A stretch of DNA of 64,000 nt, taken from the human T2T-CHM13v2.0 reference genome, Homo sapiens. The stretch lies in NCBI RefSeq assembly GCF_009914755.1, contig NC_060934.1, one strand, 5' to 3'. The notes under the pieces are model-generated. The model did no database searches. It was not told the origin of the DNA and worked only from the letters and a program-made list of their open reading frames with translations. The position numbers and the translations under genes are program-made. The stretch's first letter is position 1. Each line of letters opens with the position of its first letter. Below are positions 39,900-51,869 of the stretch, in pieces.

Positions 39900-41030
39900 T
39901 CTCACCTGACCTAAAATCTAAGCGTCTTATTTTCTTCTGCAATGCCGCTTGACCCCAATACAAACTCAACAGTAGTTCCAAATAGCCAGAAAACGGCACT
40001 TTCAATTTTTCCATCCTACAAGATCTAAATAATTCTTGTCGTAAAATGGGCAAATGGTCTGAGGTGCCTGACGGCCAGGCATTCTTTTACACATCAGTCC
40101 CTTCCTAGTCTCTGTGCCCCGTGCAATTCGTCCCAAATCTTCCTTCTTTCCCTCCCACCTGTCCCCTCAGTACCAACCCCAAGCATCGCTGAGTCTTTCT
40201 AATCTTCCTTTTCTACAGACCCATCTGACCTCTCCCCTCCTCGACAGGCCGAGCTAGGTCCCAATTCTTCCTCAGCCTCCGCTCCTCCACCCTATAATCT
40301 TTTTTATCGCCTCCCCTCCTCACACCTGCTTCGGCTTACAGTTTCATTCCGTGACTAGCCCTCCCCCACCTGCCCAGCAATTTATTCTTAAAAAGGTGGC
40401 TGGAACTAAAGGCATAGTCAAGGTTAATGCTCCTTTTTCTTTATCGCAAATCAGAAAGCGTTTAGGCTCTTTTTCATCAAATATAAAAATCCAGCCCAGT
40501 TCATGGCTCGTTTGGCAGCAACCCTGAGACGCTTTACAGCCCTAGACCCTAAAAGGTCAAAAGGCCGTCTTATTCTCAATATACATTTTATTACCCAATC
40601 TGCTCCCAACATTAAATAAAACTCCAAAAACTGGAATCTGGCCCTCAAACCCCACAACAGGACTTAATTAACCTCACCTTCAAGGTGTGCAATAACAGAA
40701 AAAAGATGCAATTCCTTGCCTCCACTGTGAGACAAACCCCAGCCACATCTCCAGCACACAAGAACTTCCAAACGCCTGAACTGTAGCAGCCAGGCGTTTC
40801 TCCAGAACCTCCTCCCCCAGGAACTTGCTACACATGCCAGAAATCTGGCCACTGGGCCAAGGAACGCCCGCAGCCCGGGATTCCTCCTAAGCCGCGTCCC
40901 ATCTGTGTGGGACCCCACTGAAAATCGGACTGTTCAACTCACCTGGCAGCCACTCCCAGAGCTCCTGGAACTCTGGCCCAAGGCTCTCTGACTGACTCCT
41001 TCTTGGCTTACCGGCTGAAGACTGACGCTG
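39900..41030 (+). pseudogene. gag: HERV-H gag remnant
   Basis: Zinc knuckle CYTCQKSGHWAKER at 40826-40867 (last Cys changed to Arg). Second knuckle RPICVGPH*KSDC contains a stop. Confidence 0.8.
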
Positions 41031-41059
41031 CCTGATCACCTCAGAAGCCCCGTAGACCA

Positions 41060-41449
41060 TCACGGATGCCGAGCTTTAGGTAACTCACAGTGGAGGGTAA
41101 GTCCATCCCCTTCTTAATCAATATGGAGGCTACCCACTCCACATTACCTTCTTTTCAAGGGTCTGTTTCCCTTGCCTCCATAACTGTTGTGGGTATTGAC
41201 GGCCAGGCTTCTAAACCTCTTAAAACTCCCCCACTCTCGTGCCAACTTAGACAATACTCTTTTATGCACTCTTTTTTAGTTATCTCCACCTGCCCAGTTC
41301 CCTTATTAGGCCGAGATATTTTAACCAAATTATCTGCTTCCCTGACTCTTCCTAGACTACAGCCACATCTCATTGCCGCCCTTCTCCCCAACCCAAAGCC
41401 TCCTTCGAGTCTTCCTCTCATATCCCGCCACCTTAACCCACAAGTATAG
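41060..41449 (+). pseudogene. pro: HERV-H protease remnant
   Basis: ORF 41090-41449 FLINMEATHSTLP...CPVPLLGRDILTKL. Catalytic DTGA replaced by NMEA. Confidence 0.85.
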
Positions 41450-43250
41450 GACATCTCTACTCCTTCCCTGGCAACCGATCACATGCCCATTACCATTCCA
41501 TTAAAACCTAATCACCCTTACCCCGCTCAACGGCAATATCCCATCCCACAGCACACTTTGAAAGGATTAAAGCCTGTTAACACTCGCCTGCTACAGCATG
41601 GCCTTTTAAACCCTATAAACTCTCCTTACCATTCCCCCATTTTACTTGTCTTAAAACCAGACAAGGCTTACAAGTTAGTTCAGAATCTGCGCCTTATCAA
41701 CCAAATTGTTTTGCCTATCCACCCCGTGGTGCCAACCCATATACTCTCCTATCCTCAATAGCTCCCTCTACTACCCATTATTCTGTTCTAATCTCAAACA
41801 TGCTTTCTTTACTATTCCTTTGCACCCTTCATCCCAGCCTCTCTTTGCTTTCACTTAGACTGACCCTGACACCGATTAGGCCCAGCAAATTACCTGGGCT
41901 GTACTGCCACGAGGCTTCACAAACAGCCCCCATTACTTCAGTGAAGCCCAAATTTCATCCTCATCTGTTACCTATCTCGGCATAATTCTCATAAAAACAC
42001 ACGTGCTTTCCCTGCTGATCATGTCCGATTAATCTCCCAAACCTCAATCCCTTACAAAACAACAACTCCTTTCCTTCCTAGGCATGGTTAGTGCGGTCAG
42101 AATTCTTACACAAGAGCCAGGACCACACCCTGTAGCCTTTCTGTCCAAACAACTTGACCTTACTGTTTTAGCCTAGCCCTCATGTCTGCGTGCAGAGGCT
42201 GCCGCTGCTTTAATACTTTTGGAGGCCCTAAAAATCACAAACTATGCTCAACTCACTCTCTACATGTCTCATAACTTCCAAAATCTATTTTCTTCCTCAT
42301 ACCTGACGCATATACTTTCTGCTCCCCAGCTCCTTCAGCTGTACTCACTCTTTGTTAAGTCCCACAATTACCATTGTTCCTGGCCCGGACTTCAATCTGG
42401 CTGCCCACATTATTCCTGATACCACACCTGACCCCCATGACTGTATCTCTCTGATCCACCTGATATTCACCCCATTTCCCCATATTTCCTTCTTTCCTGT
42501 TCCTCACCCTGATCACGCTTGATTTATTGATGGCAGTTCCACCAGGCCTAATCACCACATACCAGCAAAGGCAGGCTATGCTATAGTATAAGCCACTAGC
42601 CCGCCTCTCAGAACCTCTCATTTCCTTTCCATCGTGGAAATCTATCCTCAAGGAAATAACTTCTCAGTGTTCCATCTGCTATTCTACTACTCCTCGGGGA
42701 TTATTCAGGCCCCCTCCCTTCCCTACACATCAAGCTCCAGGATTTGCCCCCACCCAGGACTGGCAAATTAGCTTTACTCAACATGCCCAAGTCAGGAAAC
42801 TAAAATACCTCTTAGTCTAAATAGACACTTTCACTGAATAAGTAAAGGCCTTTCCTACAGGGTGTGAGAAGGCCACCGTAGTCATTTCTTCCCTTCTGTC
42901 AGACATAATTCCTCAGTTTAGCCTTCCCACCTCTATACAGTCTGATAACAGACCAGCCTTTATTAGTCAAATCAGCCAAGCAGTTTTTCAGGCTCTTAGT
43001 ATTCAGTGAAACCTTTATATCCCTTACGGTCCTCCCTCTTCAAGAAAAGTAGAACGGACTAAAGGTCTTTTAAAAACACACCTCACCAAGCTCAGCCACC
43101 AACTTAAAAAGGACTGGACAATACTTTTACCGCTTCTGCTTCTCAGAATTCAGGCCTGTCCTCAGAATGCTACAAGGTACAGCCCATTTAAGCTCCTGTA
43201 TAGATGCTCCTTTTTATTAGGCCCCAGTCTCATTCCAGACACCGGACCAA
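41450..43250 (+). pseudogene. pol: HERV-H pol remnant (RT N-terminus, RNase H, integrase), deleted and frameshifted
   Basis: PITIPLKPNHPYPAQRQYPIP and YKLVQNLRLINQ (RT). *FIDGSS at about 42520 (RNase H). QDWQISFT, IQSDNRPAF and VERTKG (integrase). No YxDD found. Confidence 0.85.
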
Positions 43251-43680
43251 CTTAGACTGTGCCCCCAAAAAACTTGTCATCCCTACTATTTTCTGTCTAG
43301 TCATACTCCTATTCTCCATTCTCAACTACTCATACATGCCCTGCTCTTGTTTACACTGCCGGTTTACACTGCTTCTCCAAGCCATCACAGCTGATATCTC
43401 CTGGTGCTATCCCCAAACTGCCACTCTTAACTCTTGAAGTAAATAAATAATCTCCGCTGGCAGGAATATGCTGAATCTCCTCAGGCACTCTCTAATCAGA
43501 TATCCTGAGTCGTCCCAATTCTTAGACCTTTTATACCTGTTTTTCTCCTTCTTATTCCATTTAGTTTTTCATTTCATACAAAACCGTATCCAGGCCATCA
43601 CCAATCATTCTATACAACAAATGTTTCTTATAACAACCCCACAATATCACCCCTTACCACGAGATCTCCTTTCAGCTTAA
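43250..43680 (+). pseudogene. env: HERV-H env remnant (largely deleted)
   Basis: Lies between integrase and the polypurine tract. FIQNRIQAITNHSIQQMFL resembles the HERV-H TM cytoplasmic tail. Confidence 0.65.
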
Positions 43681-43830
43681 TCTCTCCCACTCTAGGTTCC
43701 CACGCCGCCCCTAATCCCGCTTGAAGCAGCCCTGAGAAACACCGCCCATTCTCTCTCCATACCACCCCCTAAAAATTTTCGCCGCCCCAACACTTGCAAC
43801 ACTATTTTGTTTTATTTTTCTTATTAATAT

Positions 43831-43843
43831 AAGAAGGCAGGAA
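43831..43843 (+). other. Polypurine tract
   Basis: AAGAAGGCAGGAA directly before the TG of the 3' LTR. Confidence 0.85.
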
Positions 43844-44274
43844 TGTCAGGTCTCTGAGCCCAAGCCAAGCCATCGCATCCCCTGTGACTTGCACGTATAT
43901 ACGCCCAGATGGCCTGAAGTAACTGAAGAATCACAAAAGAAGTGAAAAGGCCCTGCCCCATCTTAACTGATGACACTCCACCATTGTGATTTGTTCCTGC
44001 CCCACCTTAACTGAGTGATTAACCCTGTGAATTTCCTTCTCCTGGCTCAGAAGCTCCCCCACTGAGCACCTTGTGACCCCCCACCCCTGCCCACCAGAGA
44101 ACAACCCCCTTTGACTGTAATTTTCCATTACCTTCCCAAATCCTATAAAATGGCCCCACCCCTATCTCCCTTTGCTGACTCTCTTTTCGGACTCAGTCCG
44201 CCTGCACCCAGGTGAAATAAACAGCCATGTTGCTCACACAAAGCCTGTTTGGTGGTCTCTTCACACGCATGAAA
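43844..44274 (+). promoter_or_regulatory. HERV-H 3' LTR
   Basis: Direct repeat of 38535-38966. TATAAAA 44144-44150, AATAAA 44216-44221. Confidence 0.93.
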
Positions 44275-45204
44275 GTGCAAATGTAATTTACATTTGTATT
44301 TGAACAAGCTGATTAGCTTGATTAGCCTGATAGAAATAGAAGTTGTCAATATTTTATTAGTAACTTATAATTTATAGAATTATATAATTTATAGGTATAT
44401 AATACAATTAGAGCAATATCTATTATTTTTATAGTTTGTGTATTGCTCTGATTCACCCCATACACACAATTAGAGTAACCAACCTAAATAATTTTGTGAT
44501 GAAGCCAATGATAAATACAATGTAAATTTCCTCAAAATAATAGGCAATCTCGCTATTCCCAATCACCAAAAGGATTTTTTAAATGTTGCACATTAGAAGA
44601 CCTACTTTAAAAGTCAATCTAAATGCCTTATAACAGGAAAAACTTCTTTCATAATTTTTTGATAAATTTTGCAAATTTAAAAATGTTACAGTATTTTATT
44701 GTAAATTTGGTACATTTTGGTATACCTTATTGAAAATTATTTGGGAATGTTCACTTAAACCATTCAACAAATGAACCACCACAAAATGTCAGACTTTGAA
44801 GCTTTCAGCAAACAGGAATTACTGAAAACAAAGCTTTCAAAGGGAAAGATATTGAAGTTTATCCCAAAAAAGAGAGAAGCTGAACTTGTTTTTAATGAGA
44901 ATTCAAATAATATACAAGATTTACCTTTAATTTTCAATCATTTTACTTTTGATATTTTACTTTGTAAGAAAGTTATTTTAATAGAGCTTCTATGAAAATA
45001 GATAAATTTGTGTATAAATTGTATTTCGAACTGGAATGTAATGTAATTGAGAAGGCGTATTGTTTTTAGCATACACATTGGGAAACATTCTCAAGAATTA
45101 TAATTAAAGGTGACTGATTTTATGAACATTTTCTCTTAAAATGTACCCTGAAAAGTGGCAAAAACTACTGCAGCTATGAAAATATTAGGGTGAAAATATT
45201 TACA

Positions 45205-46159
45205 TGAAGGGGTGGGTTGCCCCTCCACACCTGTGGGTTTTTCTTGTTAGGTGCAACGAGAGACTTGGAAAAGAAAGAGACACAGAAACAAAGTATAGAG
45301 AAAGAAAAAGGGGGCCCAAGAGACCAGCCTTCAGCACAAGGAGGATCTCACCGGCCTCTGAGTTCCCTTAGTATTTATTGATCATTATTGGGTGTTTCTC
45401 GGAGAGGGGGATGTGGCAGGGTCATAAGATAATAGTGGAGAGAAGGTCAGCAGGTAAACACACGAACAAAGGTCTCTGCATCATTAACTGGGTAAAGAAT
45501 TAAGTGCTGTGCTTTAGATATGTATATACATAAACATCTCAATGCCTTGAGCAGTATTGCTGCTTGCCTGTCCCACCTCCAGCCCTAAGGTGGTTTTCCC
45601 CTATCTCAGTAGGTGGAATATACAATCGGGTTTTACACAGAGACATTCCATTGCCCAGGGACGGGCAGGAGACAGATGCCTTCCTCTTGTCTCAACTGCA
45701 AAGAGGAGTTCCTTCCTCTTTTACTAATCCTCCTCAGCACAGGGTGTCGGGCTGGAGGATGGTCAGGTCTTTCCGTTCCCACGAGGCCATATCTCAGGCT
45801 ATCACATGGGGAGAAACCTTGGACAATACCTGGCTTTCCTAGGCAGAAGTCCCTGCGGCCTTCCGCAGTGTTTTGTGTCCCTGGGTACTTGAGACTAGGG
45901 AGTGGTGATGACTCTTAACAAGCATTCTGCCTTCAAGCATTTGTTTAACAAAGCACATCTTGCACAGCCCTTAAGCCATTTAACCCTAAATTGACACAGC
46001 ACATGTTTCAGGGAGCACAGGGTTGGGGGTAAAGTTACAGACTAACAGCATCTCAAGGCAGAAGAATTTTTCTTAGTACAGAACAAAATGGAGTCTCTTA
46101 TGTCTGCTTCTTTCTACACAGACACAGTAACAATCTGATCTCTCTTTCTTTTCCCCACA
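45205..46159 (-). mobile_element. HERV-K(HML-2) solo LTR5, older type (LTR5B-like rather than human-specific LTR5_Hs)
   Basis: Minus strand starts TGTGGGGAAAAGAAAGAGAGATCAGATTG and ends GGGGCAACCCACCCCTTCA. AATAAA at 45374-45379 (minus). Exact 6-bp TSD TTTACA at 45199-45204 and 46160-46165. Confidence 0.93.
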
Positions 46160-46578
46160 TTTACATATTTTAGTAATTTAAAAAATAGAAGTGATAAATT
46201 CCTCATTTAGGAGAATGTGCTCTAAACTTACCAGGTAACACAACCTGCAGGAAGAATATCTTCTCAGCTAAAAATTGTATGGTACAGTGAGACAAGTGCA
46301 TTGGCCGTTTACAAATTTTACATTTATCAACGTAAAATGCAATTTTGAAGAAGTGGGCCTGTTCAAAGGACACATTATGCAATTGTAACTTCTTATGGGA
46401 AAATTCATCCTACTGTGGCTGGGTTCAACAAGAATCTGAGTGAGAACCCAAAGCAGTGAGCACCACTGAGAAGCATGTGTTAACAATACTAGCCTCCTGT
46501 TTCTGTGTGGAAACAGCGCTGGGTACTGCTAGTTCTTGTCTTGAGAGTAAGAGTTGAGGACAACTCTATAGAGAAGTG

Positions 46579-47036
46579 TGAAGTCGTCAGAAGTAAAATG
46601 AAGTCACTTGCGTTAGGTGAAGAAAAAAAAAAAAAAAACCCTGACAAATAAAGCCGGAGAAGGCCATGAAGAGAGCATTCTCATGCACAAATGCCTGGAA
46701 ACATGAACTATCACAAAAGAGTCTGACCTTGTACAAAGGCCACATCATAACCTTATACACACATAAAAAATATTTCTGCAAGGACACCAGCTCAGTAACT
46801 GCCTGTCCGACCTTGGACTGGCGCCACCCTTCTTAGTGATCCTCCTAACCCAGGATAATTATCTCAAGACAATTATGTAATCCTCCTCATTTTTCCTTAA
46901 AAGCGTTTGTTTTCCTATCTCTCTGAATATGCACATAGCTTACTATGGCATGTGTATTTCCATTGCAATGCCCTATTCCCAAATAAACATCATTTTCTGT
47001 TAGAGAGCCTCTCCCTCTTTGTTATTTAGGTTGACA
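46579..47036 (+). mobile_element. MER65-like ERV1 solo LTR
   Basis: GTCAGAAGTAAAATGAAGTCAC...CCCTGACAAATA...GAAGGCCATGAAG, AATAAACATC, ends TTTAGGTTGACA. Confidence 0.7.
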
Positions 47037-47349
47037 CAATACATTAGATTATTTTATAATTTAATAATATAGCTATCTTCTATTTGTTCTTATTTTGCAC
47101 TAGGCATCACTATGGTGATTTGCACAATTTATTTCAATCCTGACAGTTAGGTATTCTCATTTTTGTAATTAAGACTGACAGTCAAAGAGGTTATGTAATT
47201 GCCTAAGATTATAAATTGGAAAGTGAAAAAACCTGGGCTAATAAGTAGGTCTGTCCCATTTCTCTCTTTTCTCATAGACTGCCTCTCTACTGAAGAGATA
47301 TTTGAGTGTGGTTAGAAATGTCTCTACAGGGTACAGGTTTTATTTTTCA

Positions 47350-47640
47350 TTTTTAAATAATGCTGATACTTAAAAAATTTATTTGTACATATTTATGGCA
47401 TACAAGTGCAATTTTACTACATTGATATACTACATTGCAGTGAAGTCAGGTCTTAGTGCATCCAACCCTGGAGCAATGTACATTGTGTCCACCGAGCAAC
47501 CTCATAATCATCCACTCCCCTCTCACCCCCTCACTCCTCTGACTCCCAATTGTTCATCATTCCACAATCTCCTTCCATGTGTACACGCTATTTAGCTCTA
47601 CTTACAAGTAGAGCTAAACATGCGGTATTTCTCTTTCTAT
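47350..47640 (-). mobile_element. L1MA/L1PB 3' fragment
   Basis: TTGTACATATTTATGG...TTTAGCTCTACTTACAAGT...AACATGCGGTATTT. Confidence 0.6.
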
Positions 47641-48458
47641 AATGCTGACATCTCTTTATGTATCATATAATCTGGTTAACACTGCTGGACATGTGAACAG
47701 AAATATCTTACTATTACATCAGGCTTTAGTGACCAGAGGTCTTGGACCAAGAATCATTGCAAACTATGGGCAAACTGTGTGCCTCACAGAACACAGAAGG
47801 CAAGGAGTAAAGAGTTATACCTATTTAAAAGAATAGGTTAAAAATATAAAGTATTTAAAATAAAAATAAAAGTGTTTAAATAAAAATATAAAATTGTGTA
47901 CTGAAACATAAAATATTTTTAATTTTATAGAAATATAAAGTATTTGAAGTTAAAAATATAAAAATATAAATCCTAATATTTTCTCCAACCCCACTTTTGG
48001 AGACTAGTGTCTCATGCAGTGTAGTTACAAATTCATAGTCTCTATGGGAATTAGGTTCTGAAGTCAAAACATAAGTTGAACATCACAGATAGCCAAATTA
48101 CCCTTAGAAATCACTTTAAAAACAATGTTTTGGAGATTAATAAAGAATATCTCCAGTTGATGAATACACACACAAGTTCAACATAGCTAGTTTGTTCTTT
48201 AGATTGAAAAAAGTATTGCTTCAGTTGAGCAAGTTATAAAGTAGTTGGCTTAGGCTTCAGGATCAGATTGTGGAAAAAATATGTGTTGAACATTATATCA
48301 CGCCAAATTTTTTGTGATACTCATACAATGTGCTTTGAGAGATAGGAGGTGACTGAGAATAAAGAGTGGAAGAATAGATTCAAGTATCTCATCTCACATT
48401 CTCACCAGGATGTGTGGCTCATTTAGTGCAACAGGAATGTGCCCATCTGCTTAACTTA

Positions 48459-48534
48459 TCTCTCTCACAGTCTCTCTCTCTCTCTTTCTCTCCCTCTCTG
48501 TCTCTCTCTCTCTCTTTCTTTCTCTCTCTCTCTC
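48459..48534. repeat. Imperfect (TC)n polypyrimidine tract
   Basis: Read directly from the sequence. Confidence 0.9.
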
Positions 48535-48974
48535 CATACTTTTATATTTTTCTCTTACACCCTTAGGTTTCTTATAATTGAATTCACATAAATTAAATGC
48601 AAGTCTGCAGTTACTTCTTTGCATAACAATTTTTCTTCTTTCTCCTTATCAGCATCACCTGAAATACAATTTATCACCAGCCCTTCTCCAGCTCTACCTC
48701 TCCAAATCTACCAGCAATTCAAGATTAATTTCAAATTCAACCCCCACCCAAGAATTTGCAATTCACATATGTTCCTGTCATATCTGAATTATCATTATGC
48801 CAATTTCCCTCCTGTTTCACTAAATTAAATACTCATATCAAGGATATTTGCCTTATCACTCCAACAGTTTAGGCAGGAGTGGCATTTTGGTTTATAGCAT
48901 CAGGCAGAATGGTAAGAACAGTATAGGTAGTGAGAATTCTGGCTTTAGTCCTGGTATCTCTCTAACAGGTTATG

Positions 48975-49320
48975 TAAGCTCAGTGCTGTTCCTGTGGTAC
49001 TTCTGATTTTCCTCTTTCTGGGTACACAGTAGGATTGTCCTCCCTAACTTGCTTGGAATTAGACAGGTTCTGTAATTTGCTTTGGCTGATGAAATGTGAG
49101 CCTTTCACTTTGAATTGTATAATTTGCTTTTCCCTGACCTCTGCCATGCTCCAGAAAGTGAAGCCTATAGCAATCTGCTTCTCTTTGTGAAGACAACCTG
49201 GAGCAGAGGCCCTGACCACTCAAGAAAGACATTTAACATAAACTAGAAATGGATCATTTTTATTAAACAATGGCAATTTTAGGATTGTTTGATACTACAG
49301 CATAACCAAGCCTATCCTGT
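48975..49320 (+). mobile_element. MLT1J/K-like LTR inside a MIR
   Basis: TTTCTGGGTACACAGTAGGATTG...TTGCTTTGGCTGATGAAATGTGAG...ACAGCATAACCAAGCCTATCCTG. Confidence 0.6.
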
Positions 49321-50989
49321 GTAATATGCAGGGAAATTCTATTAACTGCAAAGTAGAGAGAAACTAGATAGTTTGCTTTAAATATCTCATCAAATTTTTA
49401 CAGGAATCAAAAATATAAAGATGCATGTATGTAAAGATGTAAATAATAAATGTAATGAAAATTCAGAAAATCATTAATAATAAAATATCAAAACCGTCTT
49501 AACTCATATTATGTTTATTATTTATTTCTACTTATGATATTCAGTATGATGATCTGAGCTTTGTTTTTTAATACTGAGCTGTTTCTTTTTATATTTCTTG
49601 TACATAACCTCTTTAATTTAATGACTATTTATGAAATTGCTAACTATTGGTAAGTAACAGTATTTCAGAGATTTGGTGGATGTTTCAGAGATTATCTCTC
49701 AACACAAACAACTATGTGAGATCAATTTAAACTACTCTGGAGCAAGGTATGTATGCAAATATTCAGAAAAAATAAATGTCTATGTAGTAAACATTCTGTG
49801 TAAGGAAAAGAGAGTGATATAAAACATCTGGCCACACATCAGGGACATAACTCAACTCCCAGTGAGACCAAATCTGTTATATAAATATATGTTTTATTAC
49901 TCATGCTTTTAAAACAACACACAACCTTATGACCTGCATTTGTCAGGATTTCCATTTAGTGGAATGGTCACCATGGTGACAATGTGAACTGGCTGATTTG
50001 TATATGCTTTCTCATCTAGCGCTGAATGACCAGAGTAGACCACTTGACAGCTGATGTTTTCAGTTATAACAACATATGTGCACCACAGAGTTCATGGAAT
50101 TGTATCTCAGCCAGTCTGAATCAGTTGATATGGTAGCCAAAATGACTGGTTGACCTCGCTAAGGACCCAGGTATTTCAGGTATCTTATAAACCAGAGTGG
50201 ACTGATTTAACCATATGGTTAAATGGCATAAAAAAAAAAGTGGCAGTACACTGTCTATGTCCAAGGGTCTTACATGGTAATTGGCAGCAAGACAGACAAT
50301 TGGGTAAGATTTTGTAGACAATGAAACAGGCATCTACGTTAAAAACTAGATAAAACTGGATAATCATTAATTTTTATGTTTTTATTCAGCTATTTAATCT
50401 GATGTAGACACAAAATAAATTTTTCATTTGTGGCAATTTTGAAGTAGAAAAATGAGTATTGCCTTTCTTCTCTTCACCTATAACTTGGCTTTAAAGTTTA
50501 TCTCAGTAAGAGAGTAGAGATTTTTATGCATGAAATTGGCAGGTAGAAATCGATCAATAAATATTCGTTTAATGAATGAAAGAAAAACATACTAGTAAGC
50601 ATTTTTAATAGAAAAAATTGACTAAAATATTAACTAAAATGTTTTTAGTTGACAATTCATAAAGCATAATGGCAAGAACTTAATTTTCATGACAATCTAG
50701 TGAGAAAGTTTATCACTATCTCAGTTTTATAGATAAATAAATATGAGGTTTACCAAGATTATAGAATTCAGTCAAAGACAGAGAATGGGTAAGTGGCAGA
50801 TTAGAATTTAGTCTGAATTTTTTAATCCTAAACCCCATGCCACCTAAAATTCAATATGATGCCCATTGTAGTAGATGAATTCAAAATAGTTCTAAGAAAA
50901 ACAACAAGGTGAGGTTTGATCCATTTTCTTCATTGCTGCTTCTGTAGACTTGAAGGGTTTGTTGAATAAAGAAGTGTTTAAAGTTCCAA

Positions 50990-51420
50990 ATGTCAAAAAC
51001 AAAATTTTAATAATTTGAGAAGAAAATATATGAAACTATTTTTACACATCATAGAAAGGAAGAATTTAAGTGAAACACACAAAAAAGGACAAACCATAAG
51101 GAAAAGACTGGTAATTTTTGACATTAAAATTAAATTTTTATCAGGCTGTAGTTGCTGCACAAAACATACAGAACATAAATAAAATAAAATGTTATTTATG
51201 ACAAAGGACCAAAAAATGAACTTAAAAGGCAAGTTAGAGACTGAAATATGCTATTTGCAATGCATACAACTAAAAAGGATTATTATTCTAAATATTTAGG
51301 GAAATTACACAACTGAATAATCCAATAGAAAAGTGAGCAAAGGGACAGAAATGTGAAACTATGGCTAACTCCAGTGAGAATTAAAATAAAATTATAATAG
51401 GATATACAGATTTAACCAAT
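50990..51420 (+). mobile_element. Old L1M ORF2 3' fragment
   Basis: TATTTGCAATGCATACAAC...AATAATCCAATAGAAAAGTGAGCAAAGG. Confidence 0.6.
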
Positions 51421-51544
51421 AAAATATAATACCACTTCAGCTATTTTGATAGCAGCCTTGAAAGAAGCACTAACCAAGAAACAATGGCATCCATTGAAGG
51501 CAGCCAACTCAAGACAATCTTTCAAGTAGACAGCTGAAAGAGGT

Positions 51545-51869
<325 letters not shown>

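Larger units (their letters stand above)
38535..44274 (+). mobile_element. HERV-H provirus, two LTRs, common internally deleted form (5740 bp)
   Basis: Paired LTRs, tRNA-His PBS, gag/pro/pol/env remnants, polypurine tract. Exact 5-bp TSD GTGCA at 38530-38534 and 44275-44279. Confidence 0.97.
37773..46360 (+). pseudogene. Fossil hAT transposase (BLACKJACK-like) in three pieces: 37773-38534, 44280-45204, 46166-46360
   Basis: Across the HERV-H TSD the sequence reads G-I-C-C-G-A-N-V-I-Y-I-C (degenerate hAT CxxH motif). At about 46225-46290 L-P-G...R-I-S-S-Q-L-K-I-V-W resembles the hAT dimerisation-domain ERxFS motif. Joined length is about 1.9 kb. Family name from recalled consensus. Confidence 0.65.
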
